Positions 57,214 through 64,000 of a DNA stretch of 64,000 nucleotides are shown here, in pieces. Within the stretch, counting starts at the first letter, position 1. Every line of letters begins with the position of its first letter. Below the pieces are notes generated by a model. That model saw nothing but the letters and a program-made list of their open reading frames with translations. It ran no database searches and was not told where the DNA came from. The stretch spans positions 7,526 through 71,525 of the forward strand of contig CACXQL010000001.1 of the NCBI GenBank assembly GCA_902769805.1. The letters are read 5' to 3'. A program made the position numbers and the translations under genes. This stretch comes from an uncultured Prevotellaceae bacterium. Lineage in GTDB: Bacteria > Bacteroidota > Bacteroidia > Bacteroidales > Bacteroidaceae.

Positions 57214-59004
57214 ATGGAAGAATATATCGTATCAGCGCGGAAATACAGACCGACCTCTTTTGACACGGTGGTCGGACAACAGGCGTTGACCACCACACTG
57301 AAGAATGCGGTAAAGAGCGGGAAGCTCGCTCATGCCTACCTCTTCTGCGGTCCCAGAGGAGTGGGGAAAACGACATGTGCCCGTATCTTCGCCAAAGCCA
57401 TTAACTGTATGAATCCCACAGAGACCGGAGAGGCTTGCGAACACTGTGAGAGCTGTCAGGCGTTCAACGAACAACGCTCGTTTAACATCTTTGAGTTGGA
57501 TGCTGCTTCCAACAACTCCGTGGAGCACATCAAGACACTGATGGAACAGACACGCATCCCTCCGCAGGTCGGGAAATACAAGGTGTTCATCATCGACGAG
57601 GTACACATGCTCTCCACGGCAGCCTTCAATGCGTTTCTAAAGACGCTGGAGGAGCCCCCTGCACATGTCATTTTCATCCTTGCCACCACCGAGAAACATA
57701 AGATCCTGCCGACCATTCTGAGCCGCTGTCAGATCTATGACTTCGAGCGGATGACGGTGCGTAACACTATCAACCACCTGAAGGCTGTGGCAGAGAAAGA
57801 GGGAGTACAATATGAGGAGGAAGCCCTTGCCGTCATTGCAGAGAAGGCTGACGGCGGTATGCGCGATGCCTTGAGTATCTTCGACCAGGCGGTATCGTTC
57901 TGTCAAGGGAACATCACCTATCAGAAGGTCATTGAGGACCTGAACGTGCTGGATTCAGAGTATTATTTCAAGATCATCGACCTTGCCGTAGAGAACAAGG
58001 TTGCTGATATCATGGTGCTACTCAACCAGATTATCAACAAGGGATTTGACGGAGGACTGCTTATAGGCGGTCTTGCCAAACATGTGCGGAACGTCCTGAT
58101 GGCGAAAGACCCACAGACACTTCCCTTGTTAGAGGTCAGTGACCAACAACGGGAACGCTATCAGGAACAGGCAAGGAAATGTGAGACACGCTTCCTGTAT
58201 GATGCCCTGCGACTGATGAACCAGTGTGACATCAACTACCGACTGTCGTCGAACAAGCGACTGCTCGTAGAACTGACCCTCATCGAGGTGGCGCAGATTA
58301 CACAACCCGATGATGCAGAAGGTAGTGGGCGTAAGCCCAGAAGATTAAAATCCCTGTTTAAGCAATTGATACAGCAGCCTCAACCAAAGAATGCAGCCCC
58401 GCAGGTAGCTGCGGCTGAGGAGGTTGTGTCTCAGAGTTCTCAGAGTACTCAGAGTTCTCAGAGTTTTCCGAGTACTCCGACTGCCACTTACAATCCCACT
58501 TCGCGACCTCAATTAAAGAATGATATTGGCAGTTCCTTTAAGAAACTGCGCGAGAAAGCCAAGTCTTCCAAGGGGAAGATGCAGGTTATCCCGGGAACCC
58601 TGAGTGCCAGCGATCCCAATACCGTCATCAAGGACGAACAGTTGGAGTTTACCCAACAGGAACTGGAACTGCAATGGATGATGATGTGTAACCGTATGCC
58701 CCAGCATCTAAGCGGTATCGCTACCCGTATGAAGAACATGAACCCTGTCATCAAAGAGATGCCGAGGGTAGAAGTCGTTGTCGAGAATCAACTCGCCTTC
58801 GACCAGATGATGGAAATCAAAGGTAGTATTGTCAATACGCTAAAGGTCTACCTCCACAATAATGCCATCACCCTTGACATGAAAGTGGCAGAGTATCAGG
58901 ATAAAGTACATATCCTCACCCGAAGAGAACAGTTTGAGCTGATGGAAAAAGAAAATCCCGCAATCAGTAAACTGCGGGAACTCTTAGACTTGGAATTAGC
59001 CTAG
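57214..59004 (+). CDS. dnaX: DNA polymerase III subunit gamma/tau
   Basis: ARKYRP, GPRGVGKTT, Cys Zn module, ELDAASN, IIDEVHML, ILSRCQ, GGMRDALS; nonamer insert at ~58430-58481 in the linker. Confidence 0.96.
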   Translation: MEEYIVSARKYRPTSFDTVVGQQALTTTLKNAVKSGKLAHAYLFCGPRGVGKTTCARIFAKAINCMNPTETGEACEHCESCQAFNEQRSFNIFELDAASNNSVEHIKTLMEQTRIPPQVGKYKVFIIDEVHMLSTAAFNAFLKTLEEPPAHVIFILATTEKHKILPTILSRCQIYDFERMTVRNTINHLKAVAEKEGVQYEEEALAVIAEKADGGMRDALSIFDQAVSFCQGNITYQKVIEDLNVLDSEYYFKIIDLAVENKVADIMVLLNQIINKGFDGGLLIGGLAKHVRNVLMAKDPQTLPLLEVSDQQRERYQEQARKCETRFLYDALRLMNQCDINYRLSSNKRLLVELTLIEVAQITQPDDAEGSGRKPRRLKSLFKQLIQQPQPKNAAPQVAAAEEVVSQSSQSTQSSQSFPSTPTATYNPTSRPQLKNDIGSSFKKLREKAKSSKGKMQVIPGTLSASDPNTVIKDEQLEFTQQELELQWMMMCNRMPQHLSGIATRMKNMNPVIKEMPRVEVVVENQLAFDQMMEIKGSIVNTLKVYLHNNAITLDMKVAEYQDKVHILTRREQFELMEKENPAISKLRELLDLELA

Positions 59005-59008
59005 TAAT

Positions 59009-59102
59009 GGTCAAAGGTCGAAGGTCGAAGGTCAAAGGTCAACTTTAAACTCTTTAAACTGACTTTAAACTTTACACTATCAACTATCAACTTTAACCTC
59101 TA
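59009..59102. repeat. AAGGTCR array followed by AACTTTA/AACTATC array between convergent dnaX and asnA
   Basis: 59041-59071 is identical over 31 bp to 50774-50804. Confidence 0.85.
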
Positions 59103-59104
59103 CA

Positions 59105-60142
59105 CTAAATCAGCGTCATTCCCAACTTCTTACATTCTGAGCGCATATCATCAGGCCAAATAGATGCCTGTATCTCTCCGATATGTCCTTTGTGCAGGAG
59201 CACCATACATAGACGACTCTGTCCGATACCGCCACCAATACTCAAAGGCAACTGGTCGTTGAGCAGTTTCTGGTGGAAATAGAGCCCTTCACGCTCCTCC
59301 TGACCCTCCAGTTTCAACTGGCGTAATAGCGACTCCTTGTCAACACGGATGCCCATTGACGACAACTCAAAGGAACGTCCCAAGACAGGATACCAGATGA
59401 GGATATCACCATTCAGACCTGCCAGTCCATTCTCCCCGACTGTAGACCAGTCGTCATAGTCAGGAGCACGACCGTCATGTTTCTCACCATTCGACAACTT
59501 ACCACCGATACCGATGATAAACACAGCACCATATGCCTCACAGATGGCATCCTCACGTTCTTTCGGTGTCTTGTTCGGATACATCTTCAGCAGTTCCTCG
59601 GCATGGATGAATGTAATCTTCTCAGGCAGGAAGGGTTTGATCTGAGGATAGGTCTCACAGGTCAGATACTCCGTACGACGGATGGCTGCATAGATACGCT
59701 CCACCACATTCTTCAGATAAGCCACCGTACGCTGCTCTTTGGTGATGACTGCCTCCCAGTCCCACTGGTCGACATACAAAGAGTGAAGGTTATCCAGTTC
59801 CTCATCCGCACGAATGGCATTCATATCCGTATAGATGCCATAGCCTGGCTCTATCTGATACTCTGCCAACGAGAGCCTTTTCCATTTTGCCAGCGAGTGG
59901 ACGACCTCTGCACGGGCATCACCAAGATCCTTGATGGGAAACGAGACAGGACGCTCCACTCCATTCAGGTCGTCATTGATACCCAGTCCTTTGAGTACGA
60001 ACAAAGGTGCGGTGACACGACGAAGACGCAGCTCCGTCGATATATTCTGTTGGAAGAACTCCTTAATCAGTTTAATACCCTGCTCTGTCTGTTTCATGTC
60101 GAGCAGGGGCTGGTAGTCGATTGGTTTAATCAGTTGACTCAT
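59105..60142 (-). CDS. asnA: Aspartate--ammonia ligase
   Basis: DDLNGVE, VHSLAKWKR, VDQWDWE, RAPDYDDW, ELSSMGIRV, IGGGIGQSR. Confidence 0.97.
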   Translation of the reverse strand: MSQLIKPIDYQPLLDMKQTEQGIKLIKEFFQQNISTELRLRRVTAPLFVLKGLGINDDLNGVERPVSFPIKDLGDARAEVVHSLAKWKRLSLAEYQIEPGYGIYTDMNAIRADEELDNLHSLYVDQWDWEAVITKEQRTVAYLKNVVERIYAAIRRTEYLTCETYPQIKPFLPEKITFIHAEELLKMYPNKTPKEREDAICEAYGAVFIIGIGGKLSNGEKHDGRAPDYDDWSTVGENGLAGLNGDILIWYPVLGRSFELSSMGIRVDKESLLRQLKLEGQEEREGLYFHQKLLNDQLPLSIGGGIGQSRLCMVLLHKGHIGEIQASIWPDDMRSECKKLGMTLI

Positions 60143-60496
60143 CTCGTATATTTACTATTTGATGACTTACTATTTACTTTATTCTGTTATTTTGTGACTG
60201 CAAAGGTACTACTTTTAAACTAATCTGCAAGGAAAAAACTAAATAATTTTGCAAAATGACACTATTATTTCGCATTTCCTTTCATTTTGACTTCAACAAC
60301 ACTGGTTAGAGGTTAGAGGTTAGCGATTATAGTGTAATCATTAAAAGATTATAAAACTATAAACTATAAACTATAAACTATAAACTTTTTTGTAATTTTG
60401 AGAATTCTCTCGAAGTTACTCACGTTCGAGAAAATTCAAATATTATTTGGTTTTCTTCTCACTTATTCGTAACTTTGTTGCCGAAATTACAAAAAC

Positions 60497-60570
60497 GGTC
60501 CCGTAGCTTAGCTGAATAGAGCGTCAGATTCCGGTTCTGAAGGTCTTGGGTTTGAATCCCAACGGGATCA
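60497..60570 (+). tRNA. tRNA-Arg (CCG)
   Basis: Cloverleaf: GGTCCCG/CGGGATC acceptor, TCAGA-TTCCGGT-TCTGA anticodon arm, TTGGG-TTTGAAT-CCCAA T arm; TAACTTTG box at 60470-60477. Confidence 0.92.
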
Positions 60571-60669
60571 CGAAAGATTGAAAGGTTTCAAAGAGAAAAG
60601 CTTGCTTTTAACTCTTTGGAGCCTTTTAAGATTTTGTAGGATGGCAGGCGCCAGCCTACAGGGATATAC

Positions 60670-60700
60670 AATCCCAACGGGATCACGAAAGATTGAAAGG
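60670..60700 (+). repeat. 31-bp duplicate of the tRNA-Arg 3' end and trailer
   Basis: aatcccaacgggatcacgaaagattgaaagg is identical to 60555-60585. Confidence 0.92.
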
Positions 60701-60832
60701 AGTCATGAAAATGAAAGCTTGCTTATTGGATAATTTTCATACACTCGACAAAAGAAAATCATTCTTTTTGTTCTCGTTTATTTAAAAATTTAGTACCTTT
60801 GCACCCGAAAAGAGAGTGGTAGTATCACAAAA

Positions 60833-60907
60833 AGGAGCATAGCTCAGTTGGTTTAGAGCGCTTCAGTCACATTGAAGAGGTCTTGGGTTCGAGTCCCAAT
60901 GTTCCTA
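60833..60907 (+). tRNA. tRNA-Val (CAC)
   Basis: AGGAGCA/TGTTCCT acceptor, CTTCA-GTCACAT-TGAAG anticodon arm, TTGGG-TTCGAGT-CCCAA T arm; TACCTTTG box at 60794-60801. Confidence 0.92.
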
Positions 60908-60951
60908 CAAAGAGTAGCATCTCTCAAAGAAATAAGGAGGCAGTTGCCTCC

Positions 60952-61731
60952 TTATTTCTTTGATTTCCTGCGTTTATCTTTCTTTGTTTCCCTAATGCCA
61001 TATTTCAGGAAGCGGAACTCAGCCTTTGCCTTTGCCAACTGCTCCATGAATTCAGGAGAGGTATGCAAGCGGATGACGGCAGCACTGGCAGCGAGGCGTC
61101 CTGCATCCACGTCGCTCTGCCAATGAGCGCCCACGATGACACGGCTGTCACCGTACATCATGCCTCGTGCCAGAATTGTATCGGTAGCCTCGGGATTGAT
61201 CTCCATCATCAACAGGGCAAGGCTCCAGCCGCGGATGGTGTGTCCTGAGGGATAGGAGCCATTGGTACGGAGACCTTCCTCTTCCCAAGAGCTCAGCATA
61301 TGCTCGTTCATCACCATGAAGGGACGTTTGCGCTGATAGAAACGCTTGGCTTTACTACCTGCCTTATCACAGGTCGTGACACCCCGTACGAGAAATTTGT
61401 AAATCTCTGGAGTCTCCTCCTTGGATATCCGCATACCAAAAGCACCGCTATACTCATTGATGGTCGTATCAAGTTGCCAGATAGCATCACGCTTGGCAAT
61501 AGCTGCACGTACGGAATCCAGACGCTGGGTCTTGCCCCACATATAGCGCATAATATCATGGACAAACGCCTCACTGGTTGAGTCAGGAGGTGCCGGAAGC
61601 CATTTCAACAGGTCAGGAAGCTCACTTGTATGGAAAAAAGGTTTATACTCCTCTGTATCCTGTGCATTTACAGGCATACCGCAAAAAAGAATCAGGGTGG
61701 CAAAAAGCCATAATGTTTTCTTCACTCTCAT
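60952..61731 (-). CDS. PAP2 family (class A) acid phosphatase, secreted
   Basis: K-x6-[22 protein letters not shown]; signal peptide from MRVKK. Confidence 0.9.
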   Translation of the reverse strand: MRVKKTLWLFATLILFCGMPVNAQDTEEYKPFFHTSELPDLLKWLPAPPDSTSEAFVHDIMRYMWGKTQRLDSVRAAIAKRDAIWQLDTTINEYSGAFGMRISKEETPEIYKFLVRGVTTCDKAGSKAKRFYQRKRPFMVMNEHMLSSWEEEGLRTNGSYPSGHTIRGWSLALLMMEINPEATDTILARGMMYGDSRVIVGAHWQSDVDAGRLAASAAVIRLHTSPEFMEQLAKAKAEFRFLKYGIRETKKDKRRKSKK

Positions 61732-61824
61732 ACTACTTTCTTTGATATTGTTTGCAAAGTTACGATTTTTTTTTGTCATATCAGTATTTTTCATTATTTT
61801 TGCACAAAATATCATACAAACAAC

Positions 61825-63075
61825 ATGGATATTACAGAACGATTCCTAAACTACACCCAATTCGACACACAATCGGCTGAGGACAGCGAGAGTGTGCCCA
61901 GTACCTCCAAACAACTGATTTTCGCGGAATACTTAAAGAAAGAACTCGAGAAAGAAGGCCTCGACGAGGTGGAACTGGACGAGAAAGGCTATCTCTATGC
62001 CACGCTGAAGGCGAATATCAAGGATAAGGTACCTACCATCGGTTTCATCTCCCATTACGACACCTCTCCCGACTGTTCGGGTGCGAATATCAAACCGCAG
62101 ATTATCCGCAACTACGATGGGGAGGAGATTCTGTTAGGGAGGCAGGAGACAGGAGACAGGAGTCAGGAGAGAATCATGTCGCCGAAGAAATTCCCTGAGC
62201 TATTACAGCACGTGGGTGAAGACCTGATAGTGACAGACGGGACGACATTATTGGGTGCTGACGACAAGGCAGGCATTGCCGAGATCATACAGGCGATGGT
62301 GTATTTGCAGGAACACAAGGACATCAAGCATGGTAAGATCCGTATCGCCTTCAATCCCGATGAAGAGATTGGCATGGGTGCCCATCACTTCGACGTGGAG
62401 AAGTTCGGGTGCGAATGGGCCTACACGATGGATGGCAGTGATGTCGGAGAACTGGAGTTTGAGAACTTCAATGCCGCCTCAGCCAAAATCCATTTCAAGG
62501 GTGTCAATGTCCATCCGGGCTATGCCAAAGGAAAGATGGTGAATGCCAACCTGCTGGCAATGGAGTTTGCCGCCATGCTGCCCCCTGACGAGACCCCCGA
62601 GACGACAGAAGGCTATCAAGGTTTCTATCATTTGACAAATGTAGAAGGCAATGTAGAGAAAGCCTCCCTGTCCTATATCATCCGTGACCACGACCGTGAT
62701 CATTTTGAGGACCGCAAGCGATTCATCGAAAACTGTGTGGAGGCGATGAATGAGAAATACGGAGAAGGTACTGTCGCTGCAAATGTGAAGGATCAGTATT
62801 ATAATATGAAGGAGAAGATAGAGCCCGATGCGATGCATGTCATTGACCTCGTGTTACGTGCCATGCAGGAAACGGGTGTCGCACCAAAGGTACGTCCTAT
62901 CCGTGGAGGTACTGACGGAGCCCAGCTCTCTTTCAAGGGACTCCCCTGCCCTAACATCTTCGCAGGTGGCATTAACTTCCACGGGCCTTATGAATTCGTC
63001 CCCATCCAGTCGATGGAGAAAGCCATGCAGGTCATCGTCAAAATCTGTGAACTGGTTGGCAGTTATAATGCCTAA
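61825..63075 (+). CDS. pepT: Peptidase T
   Basis: [40 protein letters not shown]; CAGGAGA heptamer insert at ~62138-62171. Confidence 0.96.
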   Translation: MDITERFLNYTQFDTQSAEDSESVPSTSKQLIFAEYLKKELEKEGLDEVELDEKGYLYATLKANIKDKVPTIGFISHYDTSPDCSGANIKPQIIRNYDGEEILLGRQETGDRSQERIMSPKKFPELLQHVGEDLIVTDGTTLLGADDKAGIAEIIQAMVYLQEHKDIKHGKIRIAFNPDEEIGMGAHHFDVEKFGCEWAYTMDGSDVGELEFENFNAASAKIHFKGVNVHPGYAKGKMVNANLLAMEFAAMLPPDETPETTEGYQGFYHLTNVEGNVEKASLSYIIRDHDRDHFEDRKRFIENCVEAMNEKYGEGTVAANVKDQYYNMKEKIEPDAMHVIDLVLRAMQETGVAPKVRPIRGGTDGAQLSFKGLPCPNIFAGGINFHGPYEFVPIQSMEKAMQVIVKICELVGSYNA

Positions 63076-63130
63076 TTGACAGTTGACAATTTGGACTTTA
63101 AACTTTAAACTCTAAACTTTAAACTTTATC

Positions 63131-64000
63131 ATGGCCGAACTCCCAGCACTTATCAATGACCTTGCCCTGATACTCGTATCGGCAGGTATCGTGACACTGA
63201 TCTTCAAGAAGCTCAAGCAACCTTTGGTGTTAGGATATATCGTGGCAGGCTTTCTGGTAAGTCCCCACATGCCCTATACCGCTTCCGTTGTTGACATGGA
63301 AAGCATCCACATGTGGGCAGACATTGGTGTGATGTTCCTACTGTTCTCCTTGGGTCTTGACTTCTCATTCAAGAAGATCCTGAAGATGGGAGCGTCACCC
63401 ATCATCTCCACCGTTACCATTATCTTCTGTATGTCACTATTGGGTGTCATCGTCGGTCAACTCTTCGGTTGGGGAAAGATGGACTGTATCTTCCTCGGCG
63501 GTATGCTGGCGATGAGTTCCACCACTATTATATATAAGGCCTTCGATGACTTAGGACTGCGCCAACAGCAGTTTGCCGGACTGGTGATGAGTGTGCTGAT
63601 ACTGGAAGACATCCTTGCTATCGTCATGATGGTGATGCTGAGTGCCATTGCCAGTGGCAACAACCCAGACGGAGGACAGATGCTGGGTTCTATTGCCAAG
63701 ATCGGTTTCTTCTTAATACTCTGGTTGGTGGTGGGTATCTTTGCGATTCCTGCTTTTCTGCGTCAGGTACGCAGTCTGATCAACGCAGAGGTGTTGCTGG
63801 TAGTTTCTCTCGGTCTCTGCTGTGCCATGGCGGTCTTCTCGACAAAGGTAGGTTTCTCCTCCGCCTTTGGAGCCTTCATCATGGGTAGCATCCTTGCCGA
63901 GACTATTGAGGCAGAGCGTATTGAGAAACTGGTGGAGCCTGTGAAGAACCTGTTCGGTGCCATCTTCTTCGTGTCTGTGGGTATGTTGGTAGACCCGAAA
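63131..64000 (+). CDS. CPA2 family cation:proton antiporter, runs off the window end
   Basis: Manual translation MAELPALINDLALILVSAGIVTLIFKKLKQPLVLGYIVAG..., LLFSLGL, SSTTII, LILEDI. Confidence 0.88.
   Translation, partial: MAELPALINDLALILVSAGIVTLIFKKLKQPLVLGYIVAGFLVSPHMPYTASVVDMESIHMWADIGVMFLLFSLGLDFSFKKILKMGASPIISTVTIIFCMSLLGVIVGQLFGWGKMDCIFLGGMLAMSSTTIIYKAFDDLGLRQQQFAGLVMSVLILEDILAIVMMVMLSAIASGNNPDGGQMLGSIAKIGFFLILWLVVGIFAIPAFLRQVRSLINAEVLLVVSLGLCCAMAVFSTKVGFSSAFGAFIMGSILAETIEAERIEKLVEPVKNLFGAIFFVSVGMLVDPK

Noticed and set aside
59477-60223. Long antisense ORFs (also 55401..56129, 40372..40887, 5581..6087)
   Set aside because: They shadow well-supported genes on the opposite strand and have no recognisable motifs.
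60497-60907. Non-canonical tRNA positions (T-loop TTTGAAT in Arg; G at position 32 in Val) as pseudogene signs
   Set aside because: All four stems pair and both genes have promoter boxes, so they are treated as natural variants.

Overview
Bacteroidetes chromosome segment, most likely Prevotella-like (TAnnTTTG promoters, UpxY, gene content). Positions 1-46 kb are one minus-strand surface-polysaccharide region: upxY, wza, wzz, a VapE-like ATPase, sugar kinase and nucleotidyltransferase, an inserted block of accessory genes, then wzx, LicD/cytidylyltransferase/CapA/GNAT/ACP tailoring genes, wzy and glycosyltransferases. Positions 46-64 kb are housekeeping genes (mfd, plsC-like, pyrC, ftsB-like, dnaX, asnA, two tRNAs, pepT, CPA2 antiporter). 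The most striking unexplained structure is an invasion of 7-bp and 9-bp tandem-repeat arrays. They sit at many gene junctions and in frame inside core genes (six blocks in mfd), often as paired inverted arrays. Two small candidate driver genes sit inside repeat flanks: a four-helix-bundle gene between heptamer arrays, and a GxxExxY nuclease-fold gene between ~210-bp direct repeats with nonamer ends. Separately, the VapE gene and its promoter are enclosed by a 95-bp inverted repeat, and an orphan tRNA 3' end borders the accessory block. All product calls come from motif recognition by eye, not database searches.
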